Source: Octopus sinensis
Lineage: Eukaryota
Assembly (NCBI RefSeq): GCF_006345805.1
Contig: NC_043009.1
Coordinates: forward strand, 8,680,001-8,744,000
Length of the DNA: 64,000 nt
Direction: 5' to 3'
Shown: one piece after another, positions 37,521 through 46,147 of the stretch
Position numbering within the stretch: the first letter of the stretch is position 1
Layout of the letters: each line of letters starts with the position of its first letter
Notes under the pieces: generated by a model
What the model saw: only the letters and a program-made list of their open reading frames with translations
Databases searched by the model: none
What the model was told of the DNA's origin: nothing
Position numbers and translations under genes: made by a program

Positions 37521-39487
37521 CATATACATATATACGACGGGCTTCTTTCAGTTTCCATCTACCAAATCCACTCACAAGACTTTGGTCGGCCCGGGGCCAT
37601 AGCAGAAGACACTTTCCCAAGGTGCCACGCAGTGGGACTGAACCCGGAACCATGTGGTTGGTAAGCAAGCTACTTACCACACAGCCACTCCTGCACCAGT
37701 TTCTCCTCTGTCTGTGTCCATATTCTTTTAGTATTTTATCAGTTTCACCCTCTGGACTGCAGCCCTTTCTTGTGCTCCACTTTCAAGGATTTTAGTTTGA
37801 TTGTAGTCAACTGGTAGCACTTAGTATGGTACTTTTAAAGAGTAACAAAATCTACACTACACATACACAAATGTATGCGGGTGTATACACATGCATATTC
37901 ATATGTGTGTGTTTACACACATAAACACACACATATATATAGTTCTTGGCATAGAACCTGATGAGCTGTCCACAAAGCTTCAGCTTTTATGGATGGGAAA
38001 CCATTGGTCACTCTATGACCAGACTTTAACTTTAGTGCTTTAATAATATGTATGTGGAGTAGATTATTTTTAACAGTGAATCTTAAAGCACGTAAAAAGC
38101 ACCATCCGACTGAGGCCGTTGCCAGCCTCGCCTGGCCTCCGTGCCAGTGGCAAGTAAAAAGCACCATCCGATCGTGGCCGTTTGCCAGCCTCGTCTGGCA
38201 CATAAAAAGCACCCACTACACTCCTTGAGTGGTTGGCGTTAGGAAGGGCATCCAGCCGTAGAAACATTGCCAGATCAGACTGGGCCTGGTGCAGCCTTCT
38301 GGCTTCCCAGACCCCAGTTGAACCGTCCAACCCATGCTAGCATGGAAAGCGGATGCTAAACGATGATGATGATGATGATAAAGCTATAAATTATAGCATG
38401 TATTATTTATAAGAATTTAAAATTATTATCATTATTATTTATAAGAATTTAGAAACTTTTTTTCATACTATGTATTAGTCGAGGTGGTGTCTCATCTTGT
38501 TTGTTGTTTTCATTATGTTTTGGCTGTGTATGTTTCAGCCTTCTTCAGGTGTTTTCTGATTCACCTTAGTACCTTGCTTGGGATTGAACTCAAATCCTTT
38601 AGGTAATTGCACTGCATTTCAACACCTTCATCCACTATACTATGCCTATAAACAGTGTCGGTTTGAATTTTTGAGGCTTCATTGATGTCTTACATCAGCA
38701 CCATTCTGACTGGATAATACAATTCTATAATTCTGAGGTGCTGAATTATGTATCAGTCAATATGCTCTTTCTGTGGAAGAGCATAGGCTCGAAATGTTAA
38801 AGACTTTTTCACTTCCTGAGTGTTGTTGCCTACACCCCCTGTCTTCATCTTTTGTTTTTTTGTGAATTCTCCCTATATATATATATGTTTCCGACGAAGA
38901 GCTCCACTCGAAACGTCAAACCCTCCTTCTTCCCTTCTTTCTTGAGCGTCCAATAATACTTTATTTGTTCCACATCCTTGCATTGTTGTTTTTTTGTTTT
39001 CTTGTTTGGATTAACTTTATATATATATATATATATATATAAACAGTGCAGTTCTGCCTGCAATGTTATATGGTAGTGAAACATGGGCTACCACAAAGAG
39101 AGAAGAGCAGAGACTGGTAACGGCTCAAAGAGCCATGGAAAGGTCAATGTTTGGTATCTCGTTGAGAGAGCACATAAGTAGCAAGATCATCAGAAAGAAG
39201 TACGGCGTGAGAGATGTCATCGCAGAGTATACACGCAGCAAGTACAGATGGGCTGGACACGTCGCCCGGCTCACTGATAATCGGTGGACGCACACAGATG
39301 TCGAGTGGTACCCGCGTGAGCGGAAAAGACCACCCGGATGACCTCCACAATGGTGGAGTTACGATTTCAGGAGGACGATTGGGATCACGTGGATGAGAAA
39401 GATGCAATCCAGAGAGGAGTGGACAGCGTGCTGTGACCAGCGGTGTCAAATGGACACCTGACGGACTGGTCGGTCAAAGTGATCAAA

Positions 39488-39524
<37 letters not shown>

Positions 39525-40259
39525 GGTGTCCCAAAAAAATGTATACACATAGTGGTTCGGCAAAAGAGAACGATAGAATAAGTACTAGGCTTACAAAGAA
39601 TAACAAATTTACAATTATTTAAGGTGTGTATACATTTTTTTGGGACACCCTGTATATACCGTTTAATAATCTGAATAGAGGCAATGCAAGCGGAAACTAG
39701 AGGAACATAATTGATAACCACACACATACCAGCGAGATGCTGGTATGTAATTGTATTTCTGTATTTGTTTTTTTTTTTTTTGTTTTTTTGCATTGTGTGA
39801 AAATATCCTGATGAGGCGAGTATCAGTTTTAAAAATATGAAATATATTGGCATGTCTCTGAAATGGCCCGCAGATGGAATTTTGGAATTTTTGTAATATT
39901 TTTGTGGTTTAGTACGTCCTTGTAATGTTCTATCATCTCAAATCTTTATTACACCAATGTATTGTAACTTCAGAATCTAAAAATTCACTGTGTTTTATGT
40001 ATCATATCAATATTTAACTATTTATATGTATTTTTATATTTAAATATTTGGAATTTTAATATCATTTTTATAAATGTGAAAGAATATATATATATATTTG
40101 ATTTTGTGTGTGGTTATTAATTACGTTCCTCTAGTTTCCACTTGCATTGCCTCCATTCAGATTATTAAACGGAATATAGCTCACTTGGAGCACTGCAAAT
40201 CCAGTCTGTATTTTATTTGCGAGTACTGTTAACACTAGCAATCTCAAAATAAAGCAGTG

Positions 40260-40295
<36 letters not shown>

Positions 40296-41598
40296 CATCA
40301 ATAACAAAAAGAGAGTGGAGATTTTATTCACTTCCAAATATTTCTTCATTTTAAAAGTTTTCTGCAGTATATTCATCTGACCTACATATGCTTCGACTGC
40401 ACATTGCTTTGTATGCATTCTAGTCATTGCAATTTAATCAAGGATCCATCACTCATAACGGTATGTATATAGATATGTATGTATATATATATATATATAT
40501 AATGTGTGTATATACATATATGTAGACATCATGTGATAGTTGTAAGCAAGCATTATCATAATACAAGCGATATTGTATTTCTGAAAGGCATATCAGGTCA
40601 AAAAAAAAAATATTACCTTATTTGGAAATAGATGAGGGTTGGTGACAGGTAAGGTATCCACCCATAAAAAATCTGCCTCACTGAATTTCTCCTGACCCAT
40701 GCAAGCATGGAAATGCAAATGTTAACACAAAGATGATGATGGTTTATGCTGGTTTTGTTGTATATATTATGCCATACATTGATATTGCATGTGTGTTCTT
40801 CAATGAGATTCTAATTCTAATTAGAGTAATACTTCTTTAGGGGTTTCTGGTTCACGGAGGTTTTGTTCTGTGTGTATGGATAAATATATACATATATATA
40901 CACACACACATATATATATGTGTATATATATCACCGTGACCGACCAGGCTATCAGATGTTGCTACACATCGCTGGTCACAATGCGCTCCGCATTGTTTTA
41001 GCCTTCAAATGACGCCACTCCGCTGGCTAAGTGAGTAGGCCAACACAAGAAAGAGTGAGAGAAAGTTGTGGTGAAAGAGTACAGCAGGGATCGCCACCAC
41101 CCCCTGCCGGAGCCTCGTGGAGCTTTTAGGTGTTTTCACTCAATAAACACTCACAACACCCGGTCTGGGAATCGAAACTGCGATCCTACGACCACGAGTC
41201 CGCTGCCCTAACCACTAGGCCATTGCGCCTCCACACACACATATATATATATATATATGTAATCACTATACACTCCTGGCAACTAGAGAATCACACCACT
41301 TCCTGTTTCTTCTCCAATTTTCATTTCTAAACTAAAAGTTCAATGTATAGACATCTAAATGCAATTATAACTCTAATGTACTTATGTAACAATAAGAGCT
41401 GTGCTGTGCATGATAGACAGACAAACAGAATATCAATTAAGCATTTTCTTTCATATGGTGTTGGGTTATGAGATGAGCTTAGGTGTATATCTGCTCTTTT
41501 CATTTGGTCACCTAATGCATTGAGTGTGGTGTTGTGTTGTGTGTGTGTGTGTGTGTGTGCCAGTAACACCATTAACCTTTTCTCTCTATCTCTCTCTT

Positions 41599-41642
<44 letters not shown>

Positions 41643-42232
41643 TACACATACATACATATGTATATATACATAGATATGTATGTACACATGTACACACGCA
41701 TATATACACATATATAATATAAATAATATATAGTATTATTTGTATATATACATATATAAATAATACTATATCTGTGTACATATGTGTATGTATATATATG
41801 TGTGTGCGTGTATGTATTGAGAGAGAGAAATTGGTAGACAGATATTATATGCATGTATGTTGTATGTATGCTCTTCTCTTCTTCTCTTTAGCTGTATTTC
41901 TCACTAGTCACCCCTCTCATTCTTCTTTCCCCATACTCTTCACTTTTCACAATTTCTAATTTTACACACACACACACACACACCCGTGCACATGCATGGA
42001 CATACATCCGTTCATAATTTTCATGAAAATATTCAAGTTGCCTCTTCTTCAGTGATTGAAAAGTAAACCTATTCCAGCTATGTTAAGCCTCATTAGATCG
42101 AAGATGAAAGAAAATATAATTGGAGAGAGAAATAAGTTTTATAACTAAATATACTGAAGCAGAACATTTATGGGAATGGCAACCTACAAGATTACTATCT
42201 TTTTCCTTTTATCAAATATACATCAAATTACA

Positions 42233-42267
<35 letters not shown>

Positions 42268-45200
42268 CTTATATATAATGTTCATATCAATATATGTGTG
42301 TACTTGCTTCTAAAACCATACATCATATGTTTGTGTGTTTGTCTGTGGATATGTGTGTGTGTGTGTGAAATTTGATGTTTTACATTATGTGTGTAATCAT
42401 GTAATTCAAGATGTTTTCATTGATTCTTGGAGCAAGTGATTTTTTTTTTTTAAATTTGATACTCTTCAGTATGTGATGGTGGTTGTTATTGTTGTTGTTT
42501 AAAACCAGTTTATCCCTGATCAAGTTATTCTGTGTTCAAAGCTGTTCCAGATGTGACCAAGCTGTCTTTTCCTTCTTTTAGACACTGTGCGTATAGGACT
42601 ATATTAATTTTTGGCGAGCTGGCTGACACGTTAGCACGCCGGGCGAAATGCTTAGCAGTATTTCGTCTACCGTTACATTCTGAGTTCAAATTCCGCCGAG
42701 GTCGACTTTGCCTTTCATCCTTTTGGGGGTCGATAAATAAAGTACCAGTTTCACACTGGGATCGATGTAATTGACTTAATCCGTTTGTCTGTCCTTGTTT
42801 GTCCCCTCTATGTTTAGCCCCTTGTGGGCAATAAAGAGATATATATTAATTTTTGGCAGTGATCAAGAACCAGTAGAAGAAACTAATTGCATATAGGTTC
42901 AGGCATAGGTGTTGTTGTGTGGTTAAGAAACTTGCTACTTGACCATGTGGTCTTGGGTTCAGTCTCACTCTGTGGCACTTTGGGTAAGCATCTTGTCCTG
43001 TAACCCCAGGTCTACCAAAGCCTTGTGAGTGGATTTGGTAGACAGAAATTGAAGGCGGCAAGCTGGCAGAAACGTTACCAAGCCAGGCGAAATGCTTAGC
43101 GGTATTTTGTCTGCTGTTACATTCTGAGTTCAAATTCCGCCACGGTCGACTTTCCCTTTCATCTTTTTGGGGTCGATGTAATCAACTTAATCCCTTTGTC
43201 TGTCCTTGTTTGTCTCCTCTATGTTTAGCCCCTTGTGGGTAGTAAAGAAATAAGAAACTGAAAGAAACCCATCATGTGTGTGTGTGTGTGTCTTGCCATC
43301 ATAGTTGTAAATGAGCATCACCATCATACAAGTAGTGTTCATTTCCAGTCTTCCATGGAAAACATATCTGGTCATGGAGAATTATTACCTTGCTTAGAGA
43401 GAGCTGAGGGTTGGTGACAGGAATTGCATCTGGTTGTGGAACATTTCCCTCGACAAATTCTGTCTGACCTAAGCAAGCATGGAAAAAGAAAAACAGACGT
43501 TAAATGAGGAGGAAGAGGAGGATGTTTACTTGGTAAACGGGTGTCTGGAACATAGGTCTGAGATAAAATTATGATGTTAGGTGGGTTTGAATCAGGAAAA
43601 AAAACTAGAGGGTGAAAAGGGTTAAATCAAAAGGGCTAAATATATGACATTAAGTGGATGATCATCATCATCATCAGCATCTTCAACGATCTTTTTTTTT
43701 TTGTTTTTTTTATATGTAAGTGTCTGAGCCATAAGTTTCCAATTAACCAATCATTAGTTCATTGTATTTTTTTATGTTAAAAGTTTGAGCCAATCAGAAA
43801 GAATACATTCTTTTATTTATTTTTTTTGGTGGGAGGGGTTGCTCATGACCAGTGTTAGTGTGTTTACATCCCTGTAAGCTAACAGTTTGGCAAAGGAGAC
43901 CGATGGAATAAGTACCAGGCTTTAAAAGAAAATGAGTCCTGGGATTAATTTGTTTGAGTAAAATTTAATCAAAGCAGTGCCCCAGCATGGCCACAGTTCA
44001 AATGACTGAAACAGATAAACGATAAAAGATACAGGATTTCAACAACAATGCTACAGGGTCTTTTATTCTTTACTATTTCTTCTTGACTTATTATTTCATG
44101 TTTGTTTATTTATGTTTGTTTGTTTTTTTTCTGTTGAAGGTCCTGCTAGTGTGGCCCATGTCAGGGGCAATGATACGAGTTACATCCTAACAGATCTAAC
44201 TCCTGGGCTTCAGTATCGAGTCTGGATGCAAGCTGTGTCTCCTGCTGGCGAGGGACCAGTGAGTTTACCCATATTCAGCGTGGTTGTTAACGACAGTAAA
44301 TATTCTTTAAATTTTTACACATATAATTATCATTATCTCATCATCATCATTATCATCTTCTTCGTCATCATTGACTTCCTCACTTTCATCATTGCTTTCC
44401 AGTTTTCAGACTGACCGCCAACCAACCCTTTTATAAGATCTATGCTTTAAGAATCATCAAGCATAGAGAAAACCTCTATGCAGTTACTGAGCATGCTAGA
44501 AATAGTAACCATGTATCCCTCAAATCACACAGATAAACACATTGCATAGTGGTTGTCTTATACACCCCTTGAAAATGCGAAAAGCAAGGCTGAAATATCT
44601 CTTATTTTAGATCCATTTGATCAGAGTTGGTTGGCCTACAGTTGATATCCTCATCATCATCATCATCATCATCAATATTTTATTTAATGCACTTCATTGT
44701 CTGTATCCATCATTAGCCATGTCGACACCCTAATACATTGTCCAAGTAAAGGCTATAAACTGGAATGTAATATTGTGTGTGTGTATATGGAAGACCACGC
44801 AAAAATATAAAGTATCACACATGACAAACTGCTTATTAATTCTTAGAGGAGTGACTGCTTGGGAAACCGAAGTGCTGTAAGCGTTGCCCTTATAGGCACA
44901 GACATGGCCGTGTGGTTAAGAAGTTTACTTTCCAACCGCATAGTTTCAGGTTCAGTCCTATGGTGTGGCACTTTGGACACGTGCCTTTTGACTGTAGCCC
45001 CAGGCTAACAAAAGCCTTGTGAATAGATCTGGTTGGCAAAAAACTGTGAAAACCGTTATGTATGATTGCATATTTGTGTACATTTTTTATATTCTTACAA
45101 TGATGCAGACAAGCTCAACTCCTCGTCAGTTGTTGGCCAAATATCATGTGTGTGTGTGTGTGTGTCTGATTACTTAAGCTACCTTTTCACCCATCATGTT

Positions 45201-45337
45201 ATATTGTGATCAACTTGCACTCACTCCCATTTCCATTGCTTTCTCTTTACAGAGCTCACCTCTGAAGCTATTGCTGCCATCATAATCTCAATCATTATCC
45301 TAATCTGCCTCATTCTCAGCTGCATATGTGCAGTCAG
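14836..45337 (+). CDS. Partial multi-exon gene: tall class I cytokine receptor (gp130/IL6ST/Domeless-like); cytokine-binding module + 3 FN3 + TM; 10 exons located
   Basis: Exons 14836-15011, 20033-20169, 25661-25808, 27113-27204, 28046-28265, 30955-31127, 33418-33631, 35307-35462, 44140-44295 and 45253-45337 splice in one open frame (1557 nt). Motifs: C...TPTSCTW...VKP, LTPYTMYNFSISC..FWSD, SSGLVWAPC, LTPGLQYRVWMQAVSPAGEGP, then a hydrophobic helix. Confidence 0.9.
15247..15641 (-). mobile_element. SINE family A, full length
   Basis: Reverse complement of the 7421-7867 type. Confidence 0.85.
15719..15866. mobile_element. hAT-type MITE
   Basis: Perfect 8-bp TSD gtcacaat (15711-15718 and 15867-15874); imperfect TIRs cactggcgtaactag / ctagctaccctagtg. 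Confidence 0.75.
16499..16905 (-). mobile_element. SINE family B with internal tandem duplication
   Basis: One head and two bodies inside a single 12-bp TSD tgtatagtttcc (16487-16498 and 16906-16917). Confidence 0.8.
16943..17330 (-). mobile_element. SINE family D (tRNA head), tail type i, nested in a family A copy
   Basis: Minus-strand head gtggaggcgcaatggcccagtggttaggg...gtttcgattccc (A and B boxes); 13-bp TSD ccactcacaagga. Confidence 0.88.
18604..18971 (+). mobile_element. Non-autonomous Helitron (second copy)
   Basis: A|TC...CTAG|T; colinear with 10022-10394 over the full length. Confidence 0.8.
19625..19800 (+). mobile_element. Tigger/pogo transposase 5' remnant (CENP-B/psq-type HTH)
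   Basis: MGPVNRKSVKALDPNKQCR*VCSL*EKVEMVKKIYEGGSLAAASHEFGVNESTFHSIY; two in-frame stops. Confidence 0.7.
20033..20169 (+). CDS. Receptor exon: first half of the second cytokine-binding FN3 (VKPAKLRGIKCQPYNSSCTNLSWNHTHPLKCRVRYHSQWDPSNIWE)
   Basis: Acceptor ttaaag, donor GAG|gtaagt; phase 1 in, phase 0 out; completes VKP with the previous exon. Confidence 0.85.
20620..20977 (-). mobile_element. SINE family D head with tail type ii
   Basis: Shares the tRNA head and the gaaagagtgagagaaagtt segment with 16943-17330, then an unrelated 3' body. Confidence 0.75.
21632..21844. mobile_element. piggyBac-type MITE, family 2
   Basis: TTAA|ccctttagtgtt ... aacaccaaaggg|TTAA. Confidence 0.8.
22516..22624. 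repeat. G-rich minisatellite, 28 bp x about 4
   Basis: tgagactgggatggtgggagggaagaac at 22516, 22544, 22572 and 22600. Confidence 0.95.
24530..24749. mobile_element. piggyBac-type MITE, family 2 (opposite orientation)
   Basis: TTAA|ccctttagtg ... taccaaaaggg|TTAA; reverse-complement similarity to 21632-21844. More decayed copies near 47160-47370, 51700-51920 and 55145-55325. Confidence 0.75.
25064..25284. mobile_element. piggyBac-type MITE, family 1
   Basis: TTAA|ccctttcgttac ... gtaacgaaagag|TTAA; same ends as the 5084-6116 element. Confidence 0.8.
25661..25808 (+). CDS. Receptor exon: WSxWS-position exon (EKDVTRKSFLLCGLTPYTMYNFSISCLPQLTNKPFWSDKTKITFKTPSE)
   Basis: Acceptor ttttatttccag; donor AG|gcaagt (GC donor) gives the phase 1 that the next exon requires; FN3 L.P.T.Y motif. 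Confidence 0.88.
27113..27204 (+). CDS. Receptor exon: FN3 first half (VPEKAPAIPGTYFRMVQQTNKHCSQVILYWK)
   Basis: Acceptor taattatttcag, donor AAA|gtatgt; phase 1 in, phase 0 out. Too short to appear in the ORF track. Confidence 0.85.
27500..27838. mobile_element. hAT-Charlie-type MITE with internal microsatellite
   Basis: TIR ca(a/g)tgtttctcaacc at both ends; 8-bp TSD atttaggg / atctaggg. Confidence 0.78.
28046..28265 (+). CDS. Receptor exon: FN3 second half (KVPLRFQYGKPQGFLIQYRPKHENWMEVEVRQGLASAMICLRADKAYELRLYARNDVNFSTGYSTLFIETVDG)
   Basis: Acceptor ttttaattttcag, donor A|gtaagt; GKPQGFLIQY and YELRLYARN FN3 motifs. Confidence 0.9.
28267..28474. repeat. Minisatellite, 52 bp x 4
   Basis: Units start at 28267, 28319, 28371 and 28423; two unit variants in A-B-B-A order. 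Confidence 0.95.
28574..28785 (+). mobile_element. Helitron-ended element with a SINE-derived interior
   Basis: A|TCTCTATATATATA 5' end and CCGGGTCATAGTGTTAG|T 3' end match the Helitron family; the interior is SINE-B sequence with a fold-back. Confidence 0.55.
29472..29826 (-). mobile_element. SINE family D head joined to the RTE 3' UTR and (GAT)n tail
   Basis: Family D sequence 29581-29826 abuts C-type RTE tail 29472-29580 on the same strand. Confidence 0.65.
30955..31127 (+). CDS. Receptor exon: FN3 first half (RPGQPVNFTAETLPIKGTSLYNLTLSWGRPSVDVKGLKSWRYLLMWCHKSSNIIYNCE)
   Basis: Acceptor ttttctgtccacag, donor GAA|gtaagt; phase 1 in, phase 0 out. Confidence 0.9.
31470..32642. repeat. Near-identical tandem duplication, 586-587 bp unit
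   Basis: Anchors 31511/32097 and 32021/32608; apart from microsatellite length I saw only one extra T. Confidence 0.92.
33418..33631 (+). CDS. Receptor exon: FN3 second half (DDPQWIHLPNSILEHSMKVKGRFMKNLIFGLATK...ISSGLVWAPCIFRKDW)
   Basis: Acceptor tatctcatag, donor A|gtaagt; SSGLVWA.C resembles invertebrate Domeless-type receptors. Confidence 0.88.
34394..34770 (+). mobile_element. SINE family A
   Basis: Colinear with 7421-7867, more diverged. Confidence 0.75.
35307..35462 (+). CDS. Receptor exon: membrane-proximal FN3 first half (KPLEAPSGMNFGDITDKSLLINWDAMKCEESPTQIIEYLIHYCPINSSKTCH)
   Basis: Acceptor ttttacaacttcag, donor G|gtgagt; phase 1 in, phase 1 out. Confidence 0.9.
37280..37697 (-). 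mobile_element. SINE family A, full length
   Basis: Reverse complement of the family A consensus. Confidence 0.85.
38509..38553 (-). ncRNA. Decayed hammerhead motif, same family as 54353/54474
   Basis: Minus strand AACAC-CUGAAGA-A-GGCUG(9 nt)CAGCC-AAAA-CAUA; G12 lost; flanking acaacaaacaagatgag shared with the 54.3-54.6 kb element. Confidence 0.45.
38766..38803 (+). ncRNA. Minimal type I hammerhead-ribozyme motif (degenerate), Penelope-like repeat
   Basis: UCUUU-CUGUGGA-A-GAGC(AUAG)GCUC-GAAA-UGUU-AAAGA: stems I and II pair; core deviates from CUGANGA. Confidence 0.55.
38887..38921 (+). ncRNA. Minimal type I hammerhead-ribozyme motif, Penelope-like repeat
   Basis: GUUU-CCGACGA-A-GAG(CUCCA)CUC-GAAA-CGUC-AAAC; palindromic ACGU stem III; GUC cleavage triplet; U4 replaced by C. 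Confidence 0.65.
39043..39491 (+). mobile_element. 3' end of an RTE-clade LINE
   Basis: MLYGSETW...AQRAMERSMFGISLR...RWAGHVARLTDNRWT...WYPRERKRPPG (39063-39341) is typical RTE ORF C-terminus; ends ggtcaaagtgatcaaagtgat. Confidence 0.85.
39522..39652. mobile_element. Tc1/mariner-type MITE
   Basis: TA|cagggtgtcccaaaaaaatgtatacaca ... tgtgtatacatttttttgggacaccctg|TA; 28-bp perfect TIRs. Confidence 0.85.
39659..40172. mobile_element. MITE with 68-bp TIRs and AT-rich interior
   Basis: 39659-39726 is the near-perfect reverse complement of 40105-40172. Confidence 0.7.
40931..41234 (-). mobile_element. SINE family D head with tail type iii (RTE-like tail)
   Basis: Same head; 3' end aligns with the LINE end at 39430-39491. 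Confidence 0.8.
44140..44295 (+). CDS. Receptor exon: membrane-proximal FN3 second half (GPASVAHVRGNDTSYILTDLTPGLQYRVWMQAVSPAGEGPVSLPIFSVVVND)
   Basis: T-rich tract + gaag acceptor, donor A|gtaaat; canonical FN3 L.PG..Y.V.V.A...GEGP.S. Confidence 0.9.
45253..45337 (+). CDS. Receptor exon: transmembrane helix (KLTSEAIAAIIISIIILICLILSCICAV-R)
   Basis: Acceptor ttctctttacag, donor AG|gtaaat; phase 1 in, phase 2 out; about 22 hydrophobic residues. Not in the ORF track. Confidence 0.85.
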
Positions 45338-45724
45338 GTAAATACTTTGTCTTGCTTCTTCTTCTTCTTTGTCTTCTTTTTCTTCTGTTGTTGTTGTTGT
45401 TGTTGTTGTTGCTGCTGATAATGCTCTCTTGTCGATGTGTCCATTCATAAGATTTGTCAATACCCTCTTAATATGTTAATTCTGTGGTGGTGTCATTGAG
45501 TTTATATTTCCCGTTACACGTCACACGTTGGACGTCGTCCACACTCCTCCTTTGCTGTTTTCACTTTCACTCACTCGCACGCACACTGCAAACCCTACTC
45601 TTCTTTCCTTTTCCTGTTTGTTGCAAGAGGAAAAGCTTTATCACGTTTGTGACAAATGTACATCATTTTACTCATTCACTGGGATCCATTGTGTGTGCCC
45701 ACACATGTACAGCATAGGTGCACT

Positions 45725-45745
45725 TATATATGTATACATATATAC

Positions 45746-45778
<33 letters not shown>

Positions 45779-45879
45779 TGTATATATGTATGTATGTATG
45801 TATATATGTATGTATGTATATATGTATGTATACATATATATATGTATGTATGTATACATATATATGTATGTATGTATAC

Positions 45880-45929
<50 letters not shown>

Positions 45930-45999
45930 GTGTGTATACATATGTATATATATATAAATATATATATACATATATATATATATATATGTGTATACATAT

Positions 46000-46050
<51 letters not shown>
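45725..46050. repeat. Compound (TA)/(TATG) microsatellite
   Basis: Direct inspection. Confidence 0.95.
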
Positions 46051-46147
46051 ACATATATGAAGGTACACTCATACATATGTTAGGAATATAGATTTAAAAT
46101 AATGAATCGAAAAGATGGTAGGTTGTGCTTATGTACATGTTGGTATT

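Noticed and set aside
39807-39845. CTGATGAG hammerhead core in the MITE interior
   Set aside because: No stem II followed by GAAA.
45590-45717. Basic KRK segment just after the TM exon as a juxtamembrane exon
   Set aside because: The acceptor gives phase 0 while the TM exon ends in phase 2; in phase 2 the frame stops after seven codons.
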